The notes: generated from the letters alone by a model not told the origin. Shown: positions 10,640-20,380, counted from the stretch's first letter. The stretch is DNA of 64,000 nucleotides from Candidatus Latescibacterota bacterium (GCA_963707635.1 OY970173.1:1440001-1504000), one strand, 5' to 3'. Program-made: numbers and translations.

Positions 10640-11587
10640 ATGAACTACTCGATAACCACATCTCTCGGGTCAGTGAAGTATTTAGCAATAGTGGCCATTC
10701 TTCCCTTATGCGCTGATCCTGTGTTGGGCGGTTCTGAGGTAATCAGGGATCCTTCTGCATGGGACTACGCGCCGCTTCAATACTATGACATCGTGGTACA
10801 CGGCACAGTGCGTGAAGTCACGGCAGACGAGGTCTCCAGAAATGCCTTGTGGACGCAAGCCTCAAAGACCGATCGCATGACACCGGTGAGACGCGTTACG
10901 GTGGACGTTTTGGACGTTCCTCGTGGGCCGAGTGTTGCGGCGGCATGGACATTCATTGTGCCTTTTACCCACTCGCAGGGTTATGACACACCGTACGTTC
11001 CCGGACAGGAAGTCCTAATCGCCGCGATGTATCATCCGGGCCTGCAGGGTTACTACCTGAAGTCATACTACGGGAGGTACGTCAGGCGGGGTGACGACTG
11101 GGCGTGCGAAGAGACGCCTAGGGGAACAAGAACGTTCACGGACGCCGAGCTTCGCGAGAAGATTCGCGTTGTTGAGCCCGCACGTGTTGTTTCCGACGCC
11201 GAACTGATCGTCGTGGGGACCGTGGATTCGTCGGCGGTCGAGGTGATCAAAGGGCCAGACTCAAGCTCGGCGGAAATACTCCGAGTGCAAATGCGCGTGG
11301 ACGCGGTCAGGAAGGGACGCTATGAAGGCGGATCGATCGCTGTTGCCATGTACCAGGGCGGTCTATATCTGCCGGCGTGGGCGAAACACGCGCCGGATCG
11401 CTTCAGCCCGGGTGAGAAGTGGCTGTGCTTTCTTAAAAAGGGTGAGGTGGGCTGGTACCCCTTCGCCGGCTCAAATGGTTTGTTGCAGGTGATGCAAGAG
11501 GGGTTGATATACGACCGGCGAGTCCCATACTGGCACGATGCCTCGAAAATCGACGCACTCATATCCGAGGTTGGTGTTAAGAGATGA
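10640..11587 (+). CDS. Hypothetical exported protein with two internally similar domains
   Basis: Hydrophobic N-terminus; IVVHGTVREV...YVPGQEVLI resembles LIVVGTVDSS...FSPGEKWLCFL. Alternative start GTG ~10673. Confidence 0.6.
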   Translation: MNYSITTSLGSVKYLAIVAILPLCADPVLGGSEVIRDPSAWDYAPLQYYDIVVHGTVREVTADEVSRNALWTQASKTDRMTPVRRVTVDVLDVPRGPSVAAAWTFIVPFTHSQGYDTPYVPGQEVLIAAMYHPGLQGYYLKSYYGRYVRRGDDWACEETPRGTRTFTDAELREKIRVVEPARVVSDAELIVVGTVDSSAVEVIKGPDSSSAEILRVQMRVDAVRKGRYEGGSIAVAMYQGGLYLPAWAKHAPDRFSPGEKWLCFLKKGEVGWYPFAGSNGLLQVMQEGLIYDRRVPYWHDASKIDALISEVGVKR

Positions 11588-11596
11588 GACTCACGC

Positions 11597-11623
11597 TGGC
11601 GTCGATTCCGCGCCATCTTTTCT
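11597..11623 (+). terminator. Possible weak intrinsic terminator
   Basis: TGGCG...CGCCA stem followed by TCTTTTCT just after the stop at 11587. Confidence 0.3.
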
Positions 11624-11699
11624 GTTTCTCGCCCCGGGGCGACGTGCTAAGGTATCCGGACCGCACTATCTTTTTCCTTTCGGATGCGTTGGAGGCAGC

Positions 11700-12887
11700 A
11701 TGGCAGACACACCTACTATTGTGATCGGGGTGCCGCGAGAGACGTTCCCGGGTGAAGCGCGCGTCGCATTGGTGCCGGCGTTGATCCCCACCCTCGCCAA
11801 GTCCGGCATAAAGGTGGTCGTCGAGCGTGGGGCGGGAGACGCCGCGGGTTATTCCGACGCCGCGTTCCAGGAGAAGGGCGCGAGCCTCGGCACGCGCGAC
11901 GAAGTATTCGCGTCGGCGCAGATCGTGGTCCAGGTCCGCGCCGCCGGCGCGAATCCGGGCGCGGGCAGTGACGACCTGCGGCGGCTGCGCAAGGGCCAGA
12001 TCGTGATCGCCATGGTCGACCCGCTGGGAGAGCCGCAGGGCGTGCGCGAATTCGCGTCGTCGGGCGCGACCTTGTTCGCGCTCGAGCTCATCCCGCGAAT
12101 CACCCGCGCGCAGAGCATGGACGTGCTGTCGTCGATGGCGACGGTCGCGGGCTACAAAGCGGTGGTACTCGCCCAGGAAGCATTGCCGCGGATGTTCCCG
12201 ATGATGATGACGGCGGCAGGCACGCTCACGCCGGCGCGCGTGTTCGTGGTCGGAGCCGGGGTGGCGGGCCTGCAGGCGATCGCGTCGTCGAAGCGGGCCG
12301 GTGCGGTGGTGCACGCGTACGACGTGCGCCCGGCGGTCAAGGAGCAGATCCAGAGCCTGGGGGCGAAGTTCGTCGAGCTCCCGGTCGAAACCAAAGACGC
12401 CGAGGACAAGGGCGGATACGCGAAGGAACTGGGCGAGGACTTCTACCGCCGCCAGCGCGAATTGATGGCCAAGGTGGTCGCGGAGAGCGACGTCGTCATT
12501 ACCACGGCGGCGATTCCGGGCAAGAAGTCGCCGGTGCTCATCACGACCGACATGCTCAAGGGGATGGCGCCCGGCTCGGTGGTGGTGGATCTCGCCGCGG
12601 AACGCGGCGGCAACGTCGAGGCGACGAAGCCCGGAGAGACGATTCGCGTCCACGGCGTCACCGTGATGGGGCCGCTGAACCTGGCGTCGTCGATCCCGTA
12701 CCACGCCAGCCAGATGTACGCGCGCAACGTCGTCGTCTTCATCCAGAACTTCGTCAAGGACGGCGTCGTCAATCTGTCGATGGACGACGAGATCATTCGC
12801 GACACCGCGGTCGCGCGCGACGGCAGCGTCAGCAGTCCCCGCGTGCGCGAGTTGCTGGGAATGCCGGCCGCCGCAGCGACGGTATAG
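11700..12887 (+). CDS. pntA: NAD(P) transhydrogenase subunit alpha part 1 (soluble dI, PntAA)
   Basis: GGAGG RBS; GEARVALVP, PRITRAQSMDVLSS, GAGVAGLQAI, GGYAKE, DLAAERGGN; no transmembrane tail. Confidence 0.93.
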   Translation: MADTPTIVIGVPRETFPGEARVALVPALIPTLAKSGIKVVVERGAGDAAGYSDAAFQEKGASLGTRDEVFASAQIVVQVRAAGANPGAGSDDLRRLRKGQIVIAMVDPLGEPQGVREFASSGATLFALELIPRITRAQSMDVLSSMATVAGYKAVVLAQEALPRMFPMMMTAAGTLTPARVFVVGAGVAGLQAIASSKRAGAVVHAYDVRPAVKEQIQSLGAKFVELPVETKDAEDKGGYAKELGEDFYRRQRELMAKVVAESDVVITTAAIPGKKSPVLITTDMLKGMAPGSVVVDLAAERGGNVEATKPGETIRVHGVTVMGPLNLASSIPYHASQMYARNVVVFIQNFVKDGVVNLSMDDEIIRDTAVARDGSVSSPRVRELLGMPAAAATV

Positions 12888-12907
12888 CGGCGACCCACCC
12901 GTCCCGC

Positions 12908-13225
12908 ATGCGAGTGCGCGTCTGCCCGGCGAGCGCGGTTCCCGCCGGCGGCATGAAGGCCGCGGAAGTCGCGGGCCATCCGTTGCTGCTGGCCAACATC
13001 GGCGGCCGGTTTCTGGCGGTCGAGGACGTGTGCACCCACGCGCGTGCGCGGCTCTCGGACGGTCACCTCGACGAGGGTGAATGCACGGTCGAGTGCCCGC
13101 TGCACGGCGGGAAGTTCTCGCTGGAATCGGGGGAAGCGCTGGAGTTTCCGGCTGAGGATCCGTTGCCCGTCTATCCCGTCACCGTAATCGGCGGCGAAAT
13201 TCACGTCGACCTTCCGGACGATTGA
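12908..13225 (+). CDS. Rieske [2Fe-2S] ferredoxin
   Basis: CTH...CPLH Rieske motif in a 105-aa protein. Confidence 0.92.
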   Translation: MRVRVCPASAVPAGGMKAAEVAGHPLLLANIGGRFLAVEDVCTHARARLSDGHLDEGECTVECPLHGGKFSLESGEALEFPAEDPLPVYPVTVIGGEIHVDLPDD

Positions 13226-13244
13226 CCATACTCGCAGGACGCAC

Positions 13245-14318
13245 ATGAAGATCGGAATCATCGGTCTCCCACAGACCGGAAAGAAGACCTTGTTCTCGCT
13301 CCTGGTCGGGCCGGCGGCTCTGGCCGGGCAGACGGACGCGCGCGCGCCGGTGCGCGGCGTGGCCGACGTGCAGGATCCCCGCTTCGACCGGCTGGTGGCG
13401 ATGTACGAGCCCAAGCGCCAGGTGCGGGCGCGCCTGGAGGTCGTGCTCGTCCCCGCTATAGAGGAGAATTCGCTCTCGCAGGGCGATTCCATCAATGAGC
13501 TGGGCGAGGTGGAAGCGTTCTGCCACGTGGTGCGCGCGTTCGAGGACGACTCGGTGTACCACGTGTGGGGTGATCCCGACCCGAAACGCGAGGTCGAGTA
13601 TCTCCACGGCGAGATGATCCTCCACGATCTGGTGTTCATCGAGAAGCGGCTGGAGCGCATCGACAAGAACCTCAAGAAGGGGAAGGACGACCGGGCGGAG
13701 AAGGAGCGCGCGCTGCTCCTGCGCTTTCGCGAAGCGTTGGAGAAGGAAACGGCGCTGCGCCTGCTGACCCTCGCTCCCGATGACGCCGCGCTGGTGTCGA
13801 GCTATCCGTTCCTCTCGCTGCGGCCGTTGATCGTGGCGCTCAACGTGGGCGACGACGGCGTCGCCGACACCACCCGGCGCGACGCCCTGGCGGCGGCGTT
13901 TGCGGGGCTGGGCGCGCACTTCGTGCAGCTGGCCGCGCGGGCGGAGGCGGAGATCGCGCGCCTGGAGACGGCGGAGGAGCGCGCCGCCTTCATGCAGGAC
14001 ATGGGCATCCGCGAGCCGGCGCTCCATTTGTTGACGTCGCGCTGCATCGAAGCGCTCGGGCTGCAATCGTTCTTCACCGTCGGCACCGACGAAGTGCGCC
14101 AGTGGTTCGTGCGCCGCGGGGCGTTCGCCCCCGAAGCGGCGGGTGTCATCCACAGCGATCTCCAGCGCGGATTCATCCGCGCCGAGGTGATGAAGTACAA
14201 CGACCTCGTGGCCGCCGGCGGCGAAGAGAAGCTCAAGACGGTCGGGAAGTACTACCTCAAGGGCAAGGACTACGTCGTGGAAGACGGCGACATCCTCACC
14301 ATCCGTTTCAACGTCTAG
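13245..14318 (+). CDS. ychF: YchF/Obg-family ATPase-like protein with atypical G motifs
   Basis: MKIGIIGLP; FFTVGTDEVRQW, APEAAGVIHSDLQRGFIRAEV, GKDYVVEDGDI (TGS/DUF933 domain). Confidence 0.8.
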   Translation: MKIGIIGLPQTGKKTLFSLLVGPAALAGQTDARAPVRGVADVQDPRFDRLVAMYEPKRQVRARLEVVLVPAIEENSLSQGDSINELGEVEAFCHVVRAFEDDSVYHVWGDPDPKREVEYLHGEMILHDLVFIEKRLERIDKNLKKGKDDRAEKERALLLRFREALEKETALRLLTLAPDDAALVSSYPFLSLRPLIVALNVGDDGVADTTRRDALAAAFAGLGAHFVQLAARAEAEIARLETAEERAAFMQDMGIREPALHLLTSRCIEALGLQSFFTVGTDEVRQWFVRRGAFAPEAAGVIHSDLQRGFIRAEVMKYNDLVAAGGEEKLKTVGKYYLKGKDYVVEDGDILTIRFNV

Positions 14319-14320
14319 CC

Positions 14321-15517
14321 ATGACTCCCAGCGTGCGCTTGCAGGCCGGGCGCGACCGTTCCGCGCGCCATCGTCACCCGTGGGTGTTCTCGGGGGCCGT
14401 CGACTCGGTGTCCGGGTCGCCGGCGCCGGGCGAGATCGTGGACGTGATCGACGCGCGCGGCGCCTTCCTGGGCCGCGGCTACTACAACGAACATTCGCGG
14501 ATTCGCGTGCGCATGCTCACGTGGACGCCGGGTGAAATCGACGACGCACTCTGGCGCGACCGGGTGACCGCTTCGATCCGGCGCCGCGCCGCGATCGTTT
14601 CCGCCGAAGACGCGGGGAAAACGACCAACGCGTATCGTCTCGTCCACGCCGAAGCCGACCTGCTCCCCGGCCTGGTGGTGGATCGCTATGGCGATGTCGT
14701 CGTCGTCCAGTTCCTCACCGCCGGCGTCGAGCGCGTGCGCGAGGTCGTGGTCGACGCGATCGAAGCGGCGCTAACGCCGCGCTGCATCTTCGACCGCAGC
14801 GACAGCGCGTCGCGCGCGAAGGAGGGGCTGGAGACGTCGGTCGGCGCGCTTCGCGGCGACGCGCCCGGTCCGGTCGATATCCTCGAGAACGGGCTGCGCT
14901 TCCAGGTGAACGTCGAGAGCGGGCAAAAGACGGGTTTCTATCTCGACCAGCGCGAGAACCGCGCGCGGGTCGCGGAGCACGCGCGCGGGCGCGAGGTCCT
15001 CGACGCGTTCTGCCACACGGGGGCGTTCGCCGCGTACGCGGCGCGGGCGGGTGCGCGCTCGGTCTCGCTGGTCGATTCCTCGGAGGCGTCGCTGCGGACG
15101 GCGCGGCTGAACCTGGAGCAGAACGCGCCGCCGGAGTGCGCGCGCGAGTTCGTGTCGGCCGACGTGTTCGAACACCTGCGTGAGCTGCGCGGGCAGGGGC
15201 GCCGCTACGATCTGGTCGTGCTCGATCCGCCGAAGTTTGCGTCGAACCGGCACCAGCTCGAAAACGCGCTGCGCGCTTACAAGGACATCAACCTGCTCGC
15301 GATGGAGCTGCTCGCGCCCGAGGGAGTGCTGGCGACGTTCTCCTGCTCGCAGGTCGTCGACGCGGCGTCGTTCACAATGGCGGTGTCGTGGGCCGGCGTC
15401 GACGCCGGGCGCGACGTGCAGATTCTGCGCCGGCTCGGACAGGGGCCCGACCACCCGGTGCTAGCCTCGTTCCCCGAGTCGGAGTACCTCAAGGGGCTCT
15501 TGTGCCGCGTCTCGTGA
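14321..15517 (+). CDS. rlmI: RlmI-like class I SAM-dependent rRNA methyltransferase
   Basis: HPWVF PUA domain, GQKTGFYLDQRENR, VLDPPKF, FSCS, DHPV, EYLKG. Confidence 0.88.
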   Translation: MTPSVRLQAGRDRSARHRHPWVFSGAVDSVSGSPAPGEIVDVIDARGAFLGRGYYNEHSRIRVRMLTWTPGEIDDALWRDRVTASIRRRAAIVSAEDAGKTTNAYRLVHAEADLLPGLVVDRYGDVVVVQFLTAGVERVREVVVDAIEAALTPRCIFDRSDSASRAKEGLETSVGALRGDAPGPVDILENGLRFQVNVESGQKTGFYLDQRENRARVAEHARGREVLDAFCHTGAFAAYAARAGARSVSLVDSSEASLRTARLNLEQNAPPECAREFVSADVFEHLRELRGQGRRYDLVVLDPPKFASNRHQLENALRAYKDINLLAMELLAPEGVLATFSCSQVVDAASFTMAVSWAGVDAGRDVQILRRLGQGPDHPVLASFPESEYLKGLLCRVS

Positions 15518-15596
15518 ATATCGTAACTAGGTAATAAACAGTTTGACCCACGGCGCGCCGCACCGGTACCCTCGAAGTGGATACCGGAGGTGGCAC

Positions 15597-16028
15597 ATGC
15601 TCACGGTTCGCGACATACTCGACCGCAAGGGGCGCCACGTGTGGACGATCGCGCCGGATGCACCCGTCTACAACGCGTTGGAGTTGATGGCGGAGAAGCG
15701 CGTCGGCGCGCTGCTGGTGCTCGAGCGCGAGCGCCTGGTGGGCGTGGTGTCGGAGCGCGACTACGCGCGCAAGGTCATCCTCGCCGGCAAGGCGTCCAGG
15801 GAAACGCCGGTGCGCGACATCATGACGTCGAAGGTCTACTACGTCACCCCCTCGCACCGGCTGGACGAGTGCATGGCGCTCATGACCGACAAGGCCGTGC
15901 GACACTTTCCGGTAATGGAGGGCGAGCGGCTCGACGGTGTAATCTCGATCGGCGACGTGGTCAAGGCCATGATCTCCCACCAGGAGTTCCTGATCGAACA
16001 GCTCGAACACTTCATCACGGGGCGCTAG
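15597..16028 (+). CDS. CBS domain pair protein
   Basis: GGAGG RBS; TVRDILDRKG, GVVSERDYARK, GVISIGDVVK. Confidence 0.92.
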   Translation: MLTVRDILDRKGRHVWTIAPDAPVYNALELMAEKRVGALLVLERERLVGVVSERDYARKVILAGKASRETPVRDIMTSKVYYVTPSHRLDECMALMTDKAVRHFPVMEGERLDGVISIGDVVKAMISHQEFLIEQLEHFITGR

Positions 16029-16133
16029 CGCCGGCGCGCCTGTACCCACCTGGCGGCGAAGTCCGCCGCAAAATACGTTGAACGCCCCCGCGCCCGGCGT
16101 CTACGATCATCGGGTCCCCATCAAGGAGGCCCG

Positions 16134-16664
16134 ATGTCGGTCAACCGGACGCTAGCGGTCGGCGCCGCCGCCGCGATCGTACTTTCCCTGCCATTTTTCG
16201 GACGCACCTGGAACCAGTTCATGCACGTGCTCGGCGCCGTGCTGTTCATGGGGAACATCGTGGTCAGTGCCGCGTGGATGAGCCTCGCCCGGCGTGCCCG
16301 GCACCCCGAGGCGCTCCGGCTCGGGGTCCGCGGGGTGACCTTCACGGACGCGGTGTTCACGCTGCCGGGAGCGCTCCTGGTACTGCTCAACGGAGGCATT
16401 ATCGCCACGCCGTATTTTCAGGCCCGGGTGGGCTGGGTGATGGTGTCGCTGGTGTTGTTCCTCCTCTCCGGGCTGGTGTGGCTCGCGATCCTGGTCCCCG
16501 CGCAGAAGCGTCTGTCCGCGCTCATGACCTCGATGCCGCCGGGCGGTCCGATTCCGGAGGGCGCCGACGCGCTGGTGTCGCGATGGTTCCGCTGGGGCGG
16601 AATCGCGACGCTTCTGCCGCTGGTGTCGCTGGTGTTGATGGTCGTCAAGCCCCGGATTGGATGA
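16134..16664 (+). CDS. DUF2269-like integral membrane protein
   Basis: AGGAGG RBS; HVLGAVLFMGN, DAVFTLPG, WFRWG, LMVVKP. Confidence 0.75.
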   Translation: MSVNRTLAVGAAAAIVLSLPFFGRTWNQFMHVLGAVLFMGNIVVSAAWMSLARRARHPEALRLGVRGVTFTDAVFTLPGALLVLLNGGIIATPYFQARVGWVMVSLVLFLLSGLVWLAILVPAQKRLSALMTSMPPGGPIPEGADALVSRWFRWGGIATLLPLVSLVLMVVKPRIG

Positions 16665-16674
16665 CACGCGACCC

Positions 16675-17722
16675 ATGATCCGTCGAGCACGAGCGCATGG
16701 CCTCGGGTGGGTCGTCGTATGCGTGGGGCTGGCCGCCGCCCTCTCGTGCGGTGACGACGATACGACCGTACCCCCCGACGACTCGCGACCCGCGTTCCAC
16801 GGGATCGGCGGCTGGACCGAATTCGATCTCTACGCGGTGGGGGACGGTGGGGCCATCGAGCGCTACCGCGGCGTCGAGTTTCGTGCCGGTCGCGTCCCCG
16901 ACCACGAAGAATCTGCGCGACATCGTCGGTTTTTCCGCGTCGTCGGCGTTCGTGGTCGGCGACGGCGGAACCATCCTGCGCTACGACGGCACGTCGTTCT
17001 CGCTCGACGCCGAGCCCGACGACGAGCGATCTGCTACGCGCTCTGGGGCGAGTCGAGCTCCAATCTGATCGCGGTCGGCGCGGGCGGCGTCATCGTCGAG
17101 AACGACGGGGGCGGCTGGCAGACCGCCACCAGTCCGGTGACGAGCGACCTCGAGGGCGTGTTTGGCGCTATCGACCGGAGAGGCGTACGCGGTCGGCGCG
17201 GCGGGCACAATCGTCCATCGCGTCGCCGGCGTGTGGTCGGCGCCCGCCCCGTTCACCAGCGCGCGGCTGCGGGCGGTATGGGCGGACAAGCCCCGCGACT
17301 GGTTCGCGGTGGGAGACGGGGGCGAAATCTGGCAGGAGCGCGGAGCCGGCTGGTCGCTGATGGCGTCACCGCGCACCGACGATCTCTACGACGTGCACGG
17401 CAGCGACAGCGCGTACGTGTTCGCCGTCGGGGACACCGATTCGATTCTCTTCTACGACCAGGTCGCGTGGCGCACGCTCGAGCCCAACCCGGCGGGCCGG
17501 CTCGAGTCGATCTGGGCGACGATCTGCGCCGTGCCTCCCGCTCCGCTGTCGAACCGGGACGTCGCCGTGCACTGTTCCAATACCTACTTTGCCGGGCGGT
17601 CCGGCGTCGTGACGCGCTTCACGCTGTTCGGCAGCTACGAACGGCTGGCCGGCCTCTCTGGTCCGCGCGGCGCGGGGACGATGGGGTACGCGTGGGTCGG
17701 GTGGCGGGCTTACGGCCGCTAA
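16675..17722 (+). pseudogene. Lipoprotein with 'LxxVWGxS..AVGxxGxIxxYDG' beta-propeller repeats; about three frameshifts (16860-17170)
   Basis: Lipobox-like ALSC; about seven repeats (AVGDGGAI, VVGDGGTILRYDG, AVGAGGVI, AVGAAGTI, AVGDGGEI, AVGDTDSI) alternate between frames. Confidence 0.65.
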
Positions 17723-17730
17723 AACCTGCC

Positions 17731-17759
17731 TTGTTGGCGCCGACATCCTGCCGTATACT
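17731..17759 (+). promoter_or_regulatory. Putative sigma70 promoter of the MbnP/MbnH-like operon
   Basis: TTGTTG-N17-TATACT. Confidence 0.45.
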
Positions 17760-17846
17760 TGTTAGGACCTTAGGGGTGATGTTTGCCCCGTCCGCACGAG
17801 CCCCCCGACGCGGCCGTTCGATCCTCGACGGAGACCAAGGAATTCA

Positions 17847-18710
17847 ATGCGTTTCAGCAACTTCCGTCCTACGTGCCTGGCAGCGCTCGCGGTCTTCGCG
17901 CTGGGCGTTATCGCCTGCAGCGAAGACACCACCACGCCGGATACGCCGTCGACGGTCGACGTGTATTTCAACCTGAACGTCGATGGTCCGGGCCTGCAGC
18001 TGAATAACCTCATTTACACGACCCCGGCCGGGACGAAGTACAGCATCAAGGTTCTCAAGTTCGTCATTTCCGACATCGTCCTGCACGCCGACGACGGCAA
18101 GACCGCGAGGATTGCCGACATTCACTACTTCGATGTCGGCGACGGGAGCACGCAGACGTTTCGGGACTCCTCGGTGCCCCACGCGAACTGGACGTCGGTG
18201 TCGTTCACCTTCGGGCTGGACGAGACCAAGAACGTGCGCGACAAGTATCAGTCGAATGCCAAGTTCCATGCCGCCATGCAATGGCCGACGGGACTGGGCG
18301 CCAGCCTCGGGTATCACTACATGCAGCTGGAGGGGAACTACGAGACCACGCCGGGCGGGGCCACGGCCGGCTACACCACCCACACCGGCCCGCGCCAGCT
18401 CGATGGCACCAATCCCGACTTCCCGGGCGTGGTCGACGCGACGCCGTATCACTACTTCTTCAAAGTGGACCTTCCGTTCACGCCGACCCATATCCACGAG
18501 GGCGGCCACGGCGACCTCGAGCTGTTCTTCAACCTGAACGACTGGTATCTCGACAGCACGCCGGCGGACGGGAACGACACCGCGTACGACTTTACGACGC
18601 TGGGTAACCAGATGATCATGGGGAACCTGGACGCGCAGGCGCGCCTGCAGACCAACGGGCGGTTCTGCTTCTCGGCGAAGCTCACGGCGACCGGCGGCCA
18701 CGATCACTAG
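17847..18710 (+). CDS. MbnP-family lipoprotein
   Basis: Lipobox VIAC; LKFVISDI, FTFGLD, MQWP...GYHYMQLEG; directly upstream of a di-heme peroxidase. Confidence 0.75.
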   Translation: MRFSNFRPTCLAALAVFALGVIACSEDTTTPDTPSTVDVYFNLNVDGPGLQLNNLIYTTPAGTKYSIKVLKFVISDIVLHADDGKTARIADIHYFDVGDGSTQTFRDSSVPHANWTSVSFTFGLDETKNVRDKYQSNAKFHAAMQWPTGLGASLGYHYMQLEGNYETTPGGATAGYTTHTGPRQLDGTNPDFPGVVDATPYHYFFKVDLPFTPTHIHEGGHGDLELFFNLNDWYLDSTPADGNDTAYDFTTLGNQMIMGNLDAQARLQTNGRFCFSAKLTATGGHDH

Positions 18711-18773
18711 CATCGACACCCGCGTTGGGCAGCCGATCGGAGCCGAACGCGATCGTAGTACCCACGAAGGACC

Positions 18774-19844
18774 ATGACGAAGTATCGGCGACAGGCGGCG
18801 TGGCTGATCGTGCTCGCGGCGCTGTCCGCGTGCTCGGGCAACGACGGTGTGACTCCCCCGGACGATACGCCCGAATGCCCGCCCGCTGAGCGTCTCACGC
18901 TCGACCTCCCGCCCGGCTTTCCCGAGCTCCCGGACCCGAAAGAAAACCGGCTCACCCGGCAGGGCGTCGCGCTGGGACGGCGACTCTTCTACGACCCGAT
19001 CCTCTCCGGCGACAGCACCCAGGCGTGCGGCACGTGTCACCGGCAGTGGGCCGGCTTCGGCGACACCCGCCGCTTCAGCGAAGGCATCGACGGCATCAAG
19101 GGCACGCGACAGGCCCCGACCATCGTGAACCCGGGGTGGATGATGTTCGGGCAATTCTGGGACGGCCGCGAGCCCGACCTCGAGGGACAGGCCACGCGCC
19201 CGGTGCCGAACCCGATCGAGATGCACCTGCCGTGGGCGGTGGCGGTGGAGCGCCTGAAGCAGCACCCGGAGTATCCGGACCTCTTCTGCGCCGCGTTCGG
19301 CGACAGCCGCATCGATTCGATTCGCGTCGTCAAAGCGATCGCGCAGTTCGAACGCACGTTTATTTCTACCAATTCGAAGTACGACCGCTGGAAACGGGGT
19401 GAAGACACGCTCTCGACCGCGGAACTGGCCGGCTACCGGATCTTCACCACCGAAGTGGGAGACTGCTTCCACTGCCACATGGAGCCGCTCTTCAGCACGG
19501 GCACCTTCCACAACACCGGCCTCGACGTCGTCCCAATCGATCGCGGCCGGATGGACGTGACCGGCAACCCGGCGGATATCGGCAAGTTCAAGGCGCCGTC
19601 GCTGCGCAACATCATGGAATCGTCTCCCTACATGCACGACGGCCGCTTCGCGAGCATCTATGACGTGGTCAATCACTACAACATGGGTTTCCACGACGGA
19701 CCCGACGTGGATCCGTTGATCCGGGTGCGCCTGAGCCGCCGTCCCATGCGGGTCGGCGAGGTCGATACGTTGATTACCTTCCTGGAGGCCCTGACCGACC
19801 CGACCTTTCTGACCAACCCGGATCTCTCGAACCCCAACCCGTAG
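18774..19844 (+). CDS. Di-heme cytochrome c peroxidase, MauG/MbnH family lipoprotein
   Basis: Lipobox LSAC; LGRRLFYD, CGTCH, FWDGR, CFHCH, FKAPSLRN, PYMHDG. Confidence 0.92.
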   Translation: MTKYRRQAAWLIVLAALSACSGNDGVTPPDDTPECPPAERLTLDLPPGFPELPDPKENRLTRQGVALGRRLFYDPILSGDSTQACGTCHRQWAGFGDTRRFSEGIDGIKGTRQAPTIVNPGWMMFGQFWDGREPDLEGQATRPVPNPIEMHLPWAVAVERLKQHPEYPDLFCAAFGDSRIDSIRVVKAIAQFERTFISTNSKYDRWKRGEDTLSTAELAGYRIFTTEVGDCFHCHMEPLFSTGTFHNTGLDVVPIDRGRMDVTGNPADIGKFKAPSLRNIMESSPYMHDGRFASIYDVVNHYNMGFHDGPDVDPLIRVRLSRRPMRVGEVDTLITFLEALTDPTFLTNPDLSNPNP

Positions 19845-19882
19845 GAGCGTCGCGCGCCGTCGTGCGACCCCTGGAGGCACGG

Positions 19883-20380
19883 ATGACCCGTCGGCATGCA
19901 GGACTGAGCGTAGCGGCGGTGGGCATGGCCGTGAGTCTGGCGCTGGCGGCGCCGGTTCGCGCGGCGGAAACCCCGAATCAGGAAGATGCGGCCGTGGCGG
20001 AGGTCGCGAAGCTCGAGGACGCGCGCCGCGCGGCGATGATTTCGGCCGACCCGGCGGCGCTCGAGTCCGTGTTCGCGGCGGACTGCACGTACATCCATTC
20101 GAACGGGATCTCGCAGTCGCGTGCGGACCTGCTCGGGATGCTCGCGCGCGGCGAGATTCGCTACCGCGCGTTCACCGTCGAGGCGGTAGAATACCGCGCC
20201 TACGGGGCCGCCGTGGTGGTCACTGGCATGCAAACCATCGAGCTGACGAACTCGGACAAGCCGTTCACCTCGCGCAGCCGCTACACGGTCGTGTACGCAC
20301 CCGCCGGCGGGGCAGTCCGGGTGGTGGCCTACCAGTCCACGCCGCTGCCCGAACTCGTCATGCAGGAAAAGAAGGAATAA
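19883..20380 (+). CDS. Exported NTF2-like (DUF4440/SnoaL) protein
   Basis: GGAGG RBS; signal peptide; YIHSNG, YGAAVVVTG, RYTVVY. Confidence 0.8.
   Translation: MTRRHAGLSVAAVGMAVSLALAAPVRAAETPNQEDAAVAEVAKLEDARRAAMISADPAALESVFAADCTYIHSNGISQSRADLLGMLARGEIRYRAFTVEAVEYRAYGAAVVVTGMQTIELTNSDKPFTSRSRYTVVYAPAGGAVRVVAYQSTPLPELVMQEKKE

Noticed and set aside
15512..15529. Rex-like operator TCGTGAATATCGTAACTA upstream of the CBS gene
   Set aside because: The right half-site matches poorly and the left half lies within the upstream coding end.
17761..17775. DtxR/MntR-like box (TTAGGACCTTAG) after the MbnP promoter
   Set aside because: Too short and imperfect to support a call.
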